A stretch of DNA of 64,000 nucleotides, from the NCBI GenBank assembly GCA_035221665.1, contig CM069142.1:48856001-48920000 (forward strand), read 5' to 3'. Positions 12,850 to 22,967 of this stretch are shown piece by piece. Numbering within the stretch: the first letter of the stretch is position 1; every line of letters begins with the position of its first letter. The notes below the pieces were generated by a model. That model had not been told where the DNA came from and searched no databases. It saw only the letters and a list, made by a program, of their open reading frames with translations. The position numbers and the translations under genes are program-made. Source of the DNA: Okamejei kenojei (lineage: Eukaryota).

Positions 12850-13601
12850 TCAGAAGATTGTAAAGGGTGACTCTCGCCTGTCACAGGGTGAACCAACAAG
12901 TTGCTGCATTTGGGGATAGTCATGAACGGCTGTGTCATCAGTCTCAGGAACAATGGGAACCATGGCTGTGTGTGCCAGTCGGGAACTACCAAAACGCCTA
13001 ATGCGGAGTCGTGCTCTATTTTGGTGAGACATTGACACATGAGGCAGAATGGGGGAAAAGCATAAAAGAACGTACGTCCCCAATGTAGCGAGAATGCATC
13101 CACCGCTACTGCTCCCTGATCCGGTTCCCATAAGACGTATTTAGGTAACTGGTGATTTAACCTGGATGCAACAGAGCTATGTCTAGCGATCCATACCAGC
13201 TGACAATCATTTTGAAAACCTTTAGATTTAGCATCCATTCTGTGTTGTCATTGAATTCATGTTGTCATTGAATTTATGTGACATGGTGTCTGCCACTTTC
13301 ACGTTATCTCTACCTGTTTGGGGTGTGCATTGGAGCGTCCCAATGTTTTGGTCCCCAGTTAAGGGACGTATCAGATATTAAACTGATAAGAACAGATACT
13401 ACACTTGATCTTAGCCAAAAGGCCGAGAAGCGATTCGTGTAGCTGGAGTCGCGCAGCTTGGTCCGTCTGAAAGGGTATGATTTTCGAGGCTGCATTCTGC
13501 TCCAGGGATGAGTTTTAATGAGGCCGATTGTTTTTGCCTCATCGTCCAGGTCTTGTTCTGGATATTAGAGGATCTGCACAAGGCTGTGAACCATGGGTTG
13601 A
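12850..13601 (-). mobile_element. Duplicated fragment of the U2-bearing DIRS
   Basis: Near-identical to 16090-16838. Confidence 0.88.
13349..13434 (-). pseudogene. RNU2: U2 snRNA 5' fragment (nt 1 to ~86), 3'-truncated
   Basis: Matches vertebrate U2 from +1, including the branch-point recognition GTAGTA and stems I/IIa/IIb; ends before the Sm site. Confidence 0.95.
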
Positions 13602-14989
13602 TGCAGATATCCGACTCCAATGCTTGCAAAATGAAACTACTTTTTTCACAAAACCCGATAGTTTCCAGCCGTATGGCAATCTGCTGCAGTACATCGTGTC
13701 AGAGCTACACAGTGCAAATGCAGCTGAATGGATAATTGGGGATAGCAGTCATAGAGTCATAGAGTGATACAGTGTGAAAACAGACCCTTCGGCCCAACTT
13801 TCCCACACCGGCCAACATGTCCCAGCTACACTAGTCTTTTTTTGGGGGGGCAAATGCAACAGGTGGGACTAATGTAGAAGTATCAGAAATATTTTTGAAG
13901 ACTAGTCAATATGACAAAGTAAGAATTGCATCAACCAATCTGTACACTGCAGGTTCTCATAAACAACAACCTTTCAAATTACCAGATATGCAGTTTTAAT
14001 CTTGTTGGCTGAGAACCAAATTTTGGTTAGAACATTGAAGGGAGTTCCACTGCTTGGTCAGATTTTGTACCCAAATGGCCGATGCTGGGATTTCAAAGTT
14101 ACTTGCCCAAAGGTAGTTGGATTGATTAGTAAAGTTTGTTTGAGATGGTAATTGCAAAAATATTTTGTTTCACTGAGTGTTTCACATCAGCAATCATCTC
14201 CATATGAAATCATGCCCATCTCAAAATTTGTTTGGGCATTTCCATACATAATCCACATCTTTGTGTCCAACATTTCTCCGAAGTTCGATGCACACATTAT
14301 TGCATTACATAGGCCCATTTCCAGGCTTCCTAGCATAAATGATAACTCACGACATTCGACCTATAACTGCTGCGGAAATTACTCTTACACGGCTATTTCA
14401 TTAGGCACGGAATAACGCTGGCCATAAAGGATATGGAAACTATTTCAACTGAATCTTTCAAAAAGGAAATTAGATATATTTTGAAGAGGAAATATTTACA
14501 GGAATTTTTGGTAAGAACAGGATACTGGAACTAATTAGAATAATGCAGCAAAGACATTTTCATGACATGCTCCTGTATAGTCCGATGAAAAATCACTTTA
14601 GCAATTCCCAGTAATCATTAATTATCCATATTATTACATATAAGTACATATTATTTTCAGGTTTTTTTCAATACCTGTGATGCTCTTTGACGATAATATC
14701 ACATTAAAAGTGCTGTTGCCTCTACTACCTACCCCGGCAGTTCATTCCATATACCCACCACCCCTTGTGTGAAAATGTTCCCCTTGTGTTCCTATTAAAT
14801 CTTTCCCTCCTCACCTTCAACCTATGTCCTCTGTTTCTCGATTCCCCTACTCTGGGCAAGAGACTGTGCGTCCACCCGATCTTTTCCTCTCATGATTTTG
14901 TAAATCTCTATAAGATTGCCCCTCATCATCCTGTGCTCCAAGGGCGGAATGGTGGCTCAGTCAAATCCAAGACCCCAGTAGTCACTTAC

Positions 14990-15040
14990 CTGGATTAGCT
15001 TTTGCACCATTCCCGCTGAGAGTGGTATTAGGCTCTGTGG
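14990..15040 (-). CDS. Stalk micro-exon (A)TEPNTTLSGNGAKANP
   Basis: 51 nt; TTTGCAG| ... CAG|GTAAGT; phase 1-1; NTT sequon. Confidence 0.7.
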
Positions 15041-15398
15041 CTGCAAACATTGAAGATTTTGGCATTAGTTTCTGATGCAAAAACTCCATTGTTACCAAGT
15101 TTTTAATGAAAGGAAGAACTCAATTAATATCACATCCATTACATTCCTTGCAGAACATCTCAAATAGTAGGTTAACTATAAGTTTATAAAGAAGGTGACT
15201 GCAGCACTGAGGGAAAAGGATAGGGTGGAATTAAATGTTTCCTTCATACTATTAGCCAGAATAAGAATACATGCTTATTCTGGCCGATACCATTTTTCCA
15301 ATAAACCATGTAAACAATTTCCAAAGGATCTGAAATACTTAATTTTGCTACTGGGTGTTCAATACTTCTCAATATTTTTATGATCACATTTTCAGTAC

Positions 15399-15443
15399 CT
15401 GTTGTATTTGGTGGAGCTGTCGTCATGCTCAGAGTTCGGTTAT
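15399..15443 (-). CDS. Stalk micro-exon (D)NRTLSMTTAPPNTT
   Basis: 45 nt; TCTCCCACTATCTTTACAG| ... CAG|GTACTG; two sequons (NRT, NTT). Confidence 0.7.
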
Positions 15444-15559
15444 CTGTAAAGATAGTGGGAGATAGGAGATTAATGTTGCTATGCTTGGTTTCAGAAATGT
15501 CTTTGTAAAGTCAGGTTGTGTCACAAGTCAACAAGGGTCGTATTGCAAATGGGTTGAAT

Positions 15560-15985
15560 GGAAACAGGCCACACTCCATCCAAAAAACACAATGATGCCT
15601 TGGTCAAGAAAGCACACCACTTCCTCAGAAGACTAAAGAAATGTGGCTTGTCCCCAACACCTCTTTGCAATTTCTGTAGATGCAACAGAGGAAGCATCCT
15701 ATCTGAATGCATCACAGTTTTGTTTGGCAATTACTCTTCCCAAGACCGTAAGAAATTGTAGAGTGGTGGATGTAGCCCCCGCCCCATCACACAAATCAAC
15801 CTCTGCCCCATTGACTCCACCTGGGGAGTCACTCTGCCTGGGGAAAGAATCCAACATATTTATTCAAGGAGGTCAACACTCATCCCACTCACTCCCTCTT
15901 CTCTCCTTTCCCATCAGCAAAGATGCCAAAGCATGAAAGATTCAGATTCAGAAAGAGCTTTTTCCCCACTGTTGTCAGACCAGAA
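15560..15985 (+). mobile_element. Rex1/Babar-like LINE 3' fragment (copies at 1-300, 4170-4400, 5575-5745 plus 10748-10935, 12320-12740)
   Basis: Translates LVKKAHHFLRRLKKCGL..NFCRC..SILSECITVLFGNYSSQDRKKL, typical of the Rex1-clade RT C-terminus. Confidence 0.65.
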
Positions 15986-16089
15986 AGGAACTGTTAACCA
16001 GGAGATGTTTCAGGTCGAGACCTTCTTCAGACTGTTGTCAATGTTCTCCTGAGATCTTGCCTGACCTTCTGAGGTAATCAATAACTTCA

Positions 16090-18010
16090 GAAGATTGTAA
16101 AGGGTGACTCTCGCCTGTCACAGGGTGAACCAACAAGTTGCTGCATTTGGGGATAGTTATGAACGGCTGTGTCATCAGTCTCAGGACCAATGGGAACCAT
16201 GGCTGTGTGGGCCAGTCAGGAACTACCAAAACGCCTAAAGCAGAGTCGTGCTCTATTTTGGTGAGACATTGACACATGAGGCAGAATGGGGGAAAAGCGT
16301 AAAAGAACGTACGTCCCCAATGTAGTGAGAATGCATCCACCGCTACTGCCCCTGGATCCGGTTCCCATAAGACGTATTTAGGTAACTGGTGATTTAACCT
16401 GGATGCAACAGAGCTATGTCTGGCGATCCATGCCGGCTGACAATCATTTTGAAAACCTTTGGATTCAGCATCCATTCTGTGTTGTCATTGAATTTGTGTT
16501 GTCATTGAATTTATGTGACCTGGTGTCTGCCACTTTCACGTTATCTCTACCTGTTTGGGGTGTGCATTGGAGCGTCCCAATGTTTTGGTCCCCAGATAAG
16601 GGATATATCTGATATTAAACTGATAAGAACAGATACTACACTTGATCTTAGCCAAAAGGCCGAGAAGCGATTCGTGTGGCTGGAGTCGCGCGGCTTGGTC
16701 CGTCTGAAAGGGTATGGTTTTCGAGGCTGCATTCTGCTCCAGGGATGAGTTTTAATGAGGCCGATTGTTTTTGCCTCATCGTCCAGGTCTTTTTCTGGAT
16801 ATTAAAGGATCTGCACAAGGCTGTGAACCATGGGTTGAGCGTAGGCTTGATGGCTATTTCGTGAATAATTAATTTTCAAAAATGGGCATTACACTGCAGG
16901 GCCAACATATCCTACTGTGTTTTTTGATAGTGGTGCCCTTGTACCATTTGCCGAAATGCCGTTATTCCTGCTCCAGCCAGTTTCAGGACTTTCTGCAGCC
17001 TCTACTCATGCGCCCTCATGATGCACCCATTTGCCCGCAGATAGCCTGGTTCACTGTGGGCACTTTGAGCGATGCACAGTTAACAGGTGTCTGATATCTC
17101 TGCGAAGTTTCCTCCATTATGCAGTCCTGGAGCTGGTGAGAGGCCATATGGCTAACATTTCCGGCCAGGTTTTCATCCATCTGTCCACCAGTTCCAGCCG
17201 GTAAGGGAAATTTGCTTGCCACATCCGGCACACTTAGAGCATAGCTCATGTGCTTTGGTGCATGCTCTTCTGCAGTATCACCAAATTCAGGGTCAGGCCC
17301 TGGCTCTCCCGGCTCATGCTCAAGGGAGGTATCATGCAGCCCTTAAAAAGGCGCTGCTGTTATGGGTCCCCATGCAGACTCCTAGGCATATTGTTCTTCC
17401 TGCCTGTACAGCTCTTTGCTATACGGACCTCTGCTAGAAGTTACTGCCGAGAGCTGCTGGGGAACCCTGGGGTATAAAACCCCAGCTGGAACACCTCCTG
17501 GTTGATCATTTTATCTATGCGGTGTTCCATCTTGTCCAGACGTCCCAAACCTTTTTATTGGAAGTAGGGGAGTCTTCCTGGCCTGACTCCACAGAGTCGA
17601 CAGGCCTGACAGGAGTGGCCACAGTGCTCTGAAGCACCGGAGTTGCTGCCGCTGGCTGAACTGCAGGCGGCTCTGAAGTTGGCGTCTCTGGAGCCGGCTT
17701 CTCTGAACCCGGCGTACACCCTCTGACTGCGGCACCGCGGGTAAGTTTTTACTTTTATAGGTGACACCCTCGCCTTACTTTCTGTCATTTTTTCCCTTTT
17801 TGGAAGTGTCCCTGATGGTTCCTGCAACCAGCCTTACGGGACCTAGCAAACCGCAGCAAGTTTAAACACTTACCTGCGGGTGTTTTACTTACTGCTGGTG
17901 GAGCTGCGCTCTCCAGCATGTCGGTGCGCCAAACTTGTCTGATGTAATGACGCGCAGGCGCACTGGCGGGGCTTCTTCACGGAATCAGTCACGTGACTCC
18001 GAAGTAAAAT
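16090..18010 (-). mobile_element. Second DIRS family, internally deleted and 3'-truncated (5' terminus, gag, U2 insert, MTase-like domain)
   Basis: Terminus ATTTTACTTCGGAGTCACGTGA shared with the first DIRS; gag peptide MDENLAGNVSHMASHQL..NCASLKVPTVN matches MEENLAANINYMVSHQL..NCASLEVPTVN; ASRLNHQLPKYVLWEPDPGAVAVDAFSLHW..FPPF present; no RT. 5' end abuts a CR1 fragment. Confidence 0.9.
16586..16671 (-). pseudogene. RNU2: U2 snRNA 5' fragment (nt 1 to ~86), 3'-truncated
   Basis: Same as above with a few substitutions around stem II; embedded in the longest DIRS copy. Confidence 0.93.
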
Positions 18011-18376
18011 TCCACAGATTGACCACTCTCTGTGAGAAAAAGTGTTTCCTCATCTCCGTTCTAAATGGTCTCCATTTTAATTTTGACAGGAATAGATCAG
18101 GTAGATGCACAGAGTCACTTGCCCAGAGTAGGTGAATTAAGGGACCAGAGGACATAGGTTTAAAGTGAAGGGGAAAATATTTAATAGGGGTAATTTTTCA
18201 ATACAACCACCCAACAACTCCTGAACAAATGGCAAATACTGCTTTTAATTTCACAGTAGTTTTAGCTCATCTAGTTTTTAAACAAAAATTATGTTTCAAC
18301 TGTAATTTTCAACTTTAACACTAGAAGACTGTTACATAATTGATACCACGCATTAAATAATATGGAAACTTGAAAC

Positions 18377-18409
18377 CTGTAGCATTCATAGAGTCAGTAG
18401 AGCCAGCCG
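18377..18409 (-). CDS. Stalk micro-exon (A)AGSTDSMNAT, copy 2
   Basis: 33 nt; CTGTCTGTTTGCAG| ... CAG|GTTTCA (weak donor); differences from 21173-21205 are synonymous. Confidence 0.55.
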
Positions 18410-20025
18410 CTGCAAACAGACAGGGAGAGATTTTCACACAAATGGTGGTTGGAGTATGGAACAAGTTGCCAGAGGAGGTAGTTGAGGCAGGGTCTATCCC
18501 TACATTTAAGAAAGTTAGACAGGTACATGAATAGGACAGGATTGGAGGGATATGGTCCAAATGTGTGCAGGTGGGACTAGTGTAGCAGGCACTGTTGCAA
18601 TGGAGAAAAAGCTCCAACTATTTGAGCAGAGTGACGGCAATGTGATCTTAAATCAGACAATCCATTTTAATTGAGAGGAGGTAAATATATTTATTTAATT
18701 CTTTTTTTCTTCATATTATGATTGCCGATGTTGCATATTATTAAGGCCGCATGTACTGACCATCCCCAGTTGCTTATGGATCACCTTCCTTGCAATGAAG
18801 AGGCTCTCATGTTGCTATTAAGCACAGAGCTCAGGAATGTAGTATTCAGTGAAGGAATTGCAATATATTTCCAAATGTGTGACCTGCAGGGAAATCCACA
18901 TGTGGTGGTATTTCCAAGCATCTGCTGCTTTCCTGGATGGTAGAGATCGTGAGACCTGGAAGTGTCCTTGATGAAAATGTTGTTTCAATCCATTTTGGAA
19001 TACTCTCTAAGGAAGTCAAAGTTCCAACTGGTGGGTGGCATATCAGTCGAGGCTGCTTTATCCTGGATGGTTGAGCTTCTTGAAGGTTGTTCAAGTTGTT
19101 CCACTCCCAGGAAGAAGGGAGTATTCCAACACTTCCTTGACTTGTGCAGTGAGATGATGGAAACACTTTGTGGTGTGAGGAAGAACCATTTGCAGAAAGC
19201 CATTGACCTTGACTTGCAACCTTGATATTCAAACTTGTTCTGCTAACATTACCTGTCACTTCTAAACCCTAGGATATTGATGATGGGGGAATCCAGTGAG
19301 AGGAATGCCAGTAAATGTCAAATGATAGTTTAACATTCACCGTTGCTGATGCTGACTTTTATTGTGAGCCTTACATTTTCCAGTTGGCATGGTGGTATTT
19401 AAATTCACGTTCCTTGCTTAATGTTCCAATAAAATTAAATTATGTCACCATCCTCTGCAGTCTGAATGCTGCGGATAACTCCTTTAGCCTTCATTCTGCC
19501 TTCTACAGTACATGCAGTTGGGAGACGATAGAGACTCTCTCAAAAATCTTATCCGAGCTCATAACTGGTGCAACCAAACTGACAGAAGATGCCCCAGCAT
19601 ATTGATTGCACTGTTGTACCTGCCATGGTACATATAACCCTAAGTGTAGATGGTAACAATACGAAAAGGAATGAAAGAGATATTTAGGACTCGGAAATTA
19701 GGAGATGAGAGTACTCCAGCACTTTGTATTTCGTGTTTAAGATTCCAGCATTTCAATTTTCTTGTATCTCCTAATTTTTGTACATAGTCTACGTATACCA
19801 AGAGAAAATTTCTGCTCAAGAAATAACATGTAGTTTCAATCTTTTCTGACATTAATTTACGCTACTTTCATGTGAATGTTAAATAGCAATGATCCTCCCA
19901 AGGAATAGAGCAATAACACCACACCGAGGCCTGTATGTGTGATGTAATTACAGCTTGCTATATTGTTAGAACAGAATGTGCCCATGTATGTTCATGTCAA
20001 GTACTAAATCACAGTCGTCACTTAC

Positions 20026-20076
20026 CTATATTGTTCCCTGTAATATTCTCACTGGGAGTGGTGGTAGACTCTGCAG
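20026..20076 (-). CDS. Stalk micro-exon (A)AESTTTPSENITGNNI
   Basis: 51 nt; TCTTCAATCTGTTTGCAG| ... TAG|GTAAGT; NIT sequon; diverged paralog of 14990-15040 and 5003-5053. Confidence 0.75.
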   Translation of the reverse strand: MQSLPPLPVRILQGTI

Positions 20077-20542
20077 CTGCAAACAGATTGAAGATTTTAG
20101 TATTAGCTCCTAATGTGTGAACTCCATTGTTGCCATTTTTTTAATTATAGGGAAAAACTCTATTTATATCATATTATGTGCAGGCAGAAGGCAGTTGTTT
20201 AATTTGACATCATGTTCGATACAGACATTGTGAGCCGAAGGGCCTGTTTCTGTGCTGTACTGTTTTATGCCCTGCGTCAATCCCTTTCTGTTTGGGAGGA
20301 ATAATTTAATTATATAAATCATATTCTCAAGAACCTGATTGAGATAAGGAATAAAAAGTGTGAAGAATTATATTTAAGTGTATATGTTTCACTTTCTCCA
20401 GAGAGCCATCCTATTTACCTACAAATTTTGTGCACAGTTTCGCTACTGTTAAAATTTTGAAGCAGTGTTCATTTCCATTTACTCTTCCTTCTGTCTCTTT
20501 TCAAATAATTCTACGTGTTAAAATAGCAAAGAAATCTTGTAC

Positions 20543-20596
20543 CTGAAATGGTGATGGGAGCATGTGAGCCAACAGGGGTGTGGGAAAGAACGCCAG
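20543..20596 (-). CDS. Stalk micro-exon (A)GVLSHTPVGSHAPITIS
   Basis: 54 nt; TTGTCTATTTATAG| ... CAG|GTACAA; open, phase 1-1. Confidence 0.6.
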
Positions 20597-20906
20597 CTAT
20601 AAATAGACAATAGATTAGTTCAGGTATACAGTAACACATATATGATGCATGCATGCGTAACATTAGGGTAACACAAATCATGCCGGACTAATAGACTTAA
20701 AATCATCACGCTATTATTCCAACTATGTTAATCCATAATTATGGCATTTAAATAATTATTTTCATAATATAAATAAAATTCACTTATTTTGAAGTTAAAC
20801 TGCTACGTTTTATATGAATTATCTATCAGTTATCTTCTGAAACTTAGCAGGATATATTTGATGTGAAATCTCTCTGCGACCACTATAAGAAAGAAGTTTC
20901 TGGTAC

Positions 20907-20939
20907 CTGTTGTGAACGATGTAGTGGCGTTGGGAGTAA
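20907..20939 (-). CDS. Stalk micro-exon (V)TPNATTSFTT
   Basis: 33 nt; CTTTCTTTCAG| ... CAG|GTACCA; phase 1-1; T-rich with NAT sequon. Confidence 0.7.
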
Positions 20940-21172
20940 CTGAAAGAAAGTAACTGGGATTAGATCAGACATAGGATAAAACCAATGTCGCAATGCCAAT
21001 ACAACCAGCCAACAACTCCCGAACAAATGGCAAACATTGCTTTTAATTTCACAGTAGTTTCAGCTCATCGAGTTGTTAAAACAAAAATTATGTTTCAACT
21101 GTAATTTTCAACTTTTGCACTATACTGTTACATAATTGATACCATGCATGAAACAATAATGAAACTTGATAC

Positions 21173-21205
21173 CTGTTGCGTTCATAGAGTCTGTAGAGCC
21201 AGCCG
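21173..21205 (-). CDS. Stalk micro-exon (A)AGSTDSMNAT
   Basis: 33 nt; TCTATTTTCAG| ... CAG|GTATCA; phase 1-1; NAT sequon; paralog at 18377-18409 encodes the same peptide. Confidence 0.7.
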
Positions 21206-21900
21206 CTGAAAATAGACGGGGAGAGATTGTTACTGTGTGCAGTGTCGGTAAATAATAGGATTGGAGCGAGTGAGAAATGCTCTCCAGCTCAAACAATTTG
21301 CCCTTTATAGGGACCAAACAAGCACCAAATTGTGTTATTCGTTGCTGAATCTGCAATCTGTCCCATTCTACTTTAATCAAGTCAACATTTCACAGTCTCG
21401 ATTCCCAAATAGTCCTTGAGATCTGTAAAAAGTGCAAATGAGTTGCAAGTTAGAAACATAGAAATTAGGTGCAGGAGCAGGCCATTCGGCCCTTCGAGCC
21501 TGCACCACCATTCAATATGATCATGGCTGATCATCCAACTCAGTATCCTGTACCTGCCTTCTCTCCATACCCCCTGATCCCTTCAGCCACAAGGGCCACA
21601 TCCAACTCCCTCTTAAATATGGCCAACGAACTGGCCTCAATTACCTTCTGTGGCAGAGAATTCCACAGATTCACCACTCTCTGTGTGAAAAACGATTTTC
21701 TCATCTCGGTCCTAAAAAACTTCCCCCTTATCCTTAAACTGTGACCCCTTGTCCTGGACTTCCCCAACATCGGGAACAATCTTCCTGCATCTAGCCTGTC
21801 CAACCCCTTAAGAATTTTGTAAGTCTCTATGAGATCACCCCTCAATCTTCTAAATTCCAGTGAGTACAAGCCGAGCCTATCCAGTCTTTCTTCATATGGA

Positions 21901-22967
21901 TTTTTTTTAATTTTTAAAGAAGGAACTGCAGATGCTGGAGAATCGAGGGTACACAAAAAGCTGGAGAAACTCAGCGGGTGCAGCAGCATCTAAGGAGCGA
22001 AGGAGATAGGCGACGTTTCGGGCCGAGACCCTTCTTCAGACTAGTCAGGGATCAGGGAAACGAGAGATATAGACGGTGATGTGGAGAGATAAGGAACAAT
22101 GAGTGAAAGATATGCAAAAAAGTATCGGTGATAAAGGGAACAAGCCATTGTAAGCTGTTTGTGGTGTGAAAATGAGAAGCTGGTGCGACTAGGGTGGGGG
22201 AGAGATAGAGATAGAGGAATGCCAGGGCCCCAGGGCTGAGGGAGAGGTGGGAAGGGGAGGAGACAGCAAGGGTTAACAGAAATTGAGAAAATTCAATATT
22301 CAAGCCCAAAGGATGCAGACTCCCCAAGGGAATATGAGGTGCTGTTCCTCCAGCTTGCGGTGTTGCTCACTCTGGCCGTGGAGGAGGCCCAGGACCGAGA
22401 GGTCGGATGTGGAATGGAGGGGGAGTTGAAGTGCTGAGCCACCGGGAGGTCGGGTTGGTTATTGCGGACCGAGCGGGAGGTGTTCGGCGAAGCGATCGCC
22501 AAGCCTCCGCTTGGTCTCACCGATATAGATCATCTGGCATCTGGAGCAGCGGATGCAGTAGATGAGGTTGGAGGAGGTGCAGGTGAACCTCTGTCGGACC
22601 TGGAAGGACTGCTTGGGTCCCTGAAAGGAGTGGAGGGGGGAGGTGAAGGGACAAGTGTTGCATTTCTTGCGGTTGCAAGGGAAAGTGCCCGGGGAAGGGG
22701 TAGAGTGGGAGGGGAGGGAAGAATGGACAAGGGAGTTGCGGAGGGAGCGGTCTTTGCGGAAGGCAGACAGGGGGGGGAGATGGGAAGATGTGGCGGGTGG
22801 AGGGGTCACGTTGGAGGTGGCGAAACTGGCGGAGGACTATATGTTGTATTTGCCGGCTGGTGGGGTGAAAGGTGAGGACCAGGGGGACTCTGCCCTGTTT
22901 GCGAGTGGGGGAATGGGGAGCGAGGGCAGTGTTGCGGGGTATGGAGGAGACCCTGGTGCGAGCCTCA
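21901..22967 (-). mobile_element. Penelope-like element, 5'-truncated, with GIY-YIG endonuclease and 3' pLTR; 12-bp TSD
   Basis: NLIYCIRCSRCQMIYIGETKRRLGDRFAEH; TCTTCATATGGA duplicated at 21889-21900 and 22968-22979. Confidence 0.92.
22006..22044 (-). ncRNA. Putative minimal hammerhead ribozyme in Penelope pLTR
   Basis: UAGU-CUGAAGA-A-GGGUC-UC-GGCCC-GAAAC-GUC-GCCUA: CUGANGA box, stem II, GAAA, and GUC cleavage triplet with minimal helix III. Confidence 0.6.

Larger units (their letters stand above)
12434..14956 (+). repeat. Segmental duplicate of 1-2515
   Basis: Near-identical with offset ~12.43 kb; ends within the SINE head (GGGCGGAATGGTGGC). Confidence 0.92.
14960..16838 (+). repeat. Tandem-duplication unit matching 4973-5745 plus 10748-10937 (without the DIRS) and 11951-13601
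   Basis: Near-identical exon/LINE/U2 order; spacing to the neighbouring copy ~3.24 kb (12158 to 15399; 13349 to 16586). Confidence 0.88.

Noticed and set aside
13349-13434. Functional U2 snRNA gene array
   Set aside because: The copies stop before the Sm site, lack stems III/IV, and are flanked by DIRS sequence rather than snRNA promoter or 3'-box elements.
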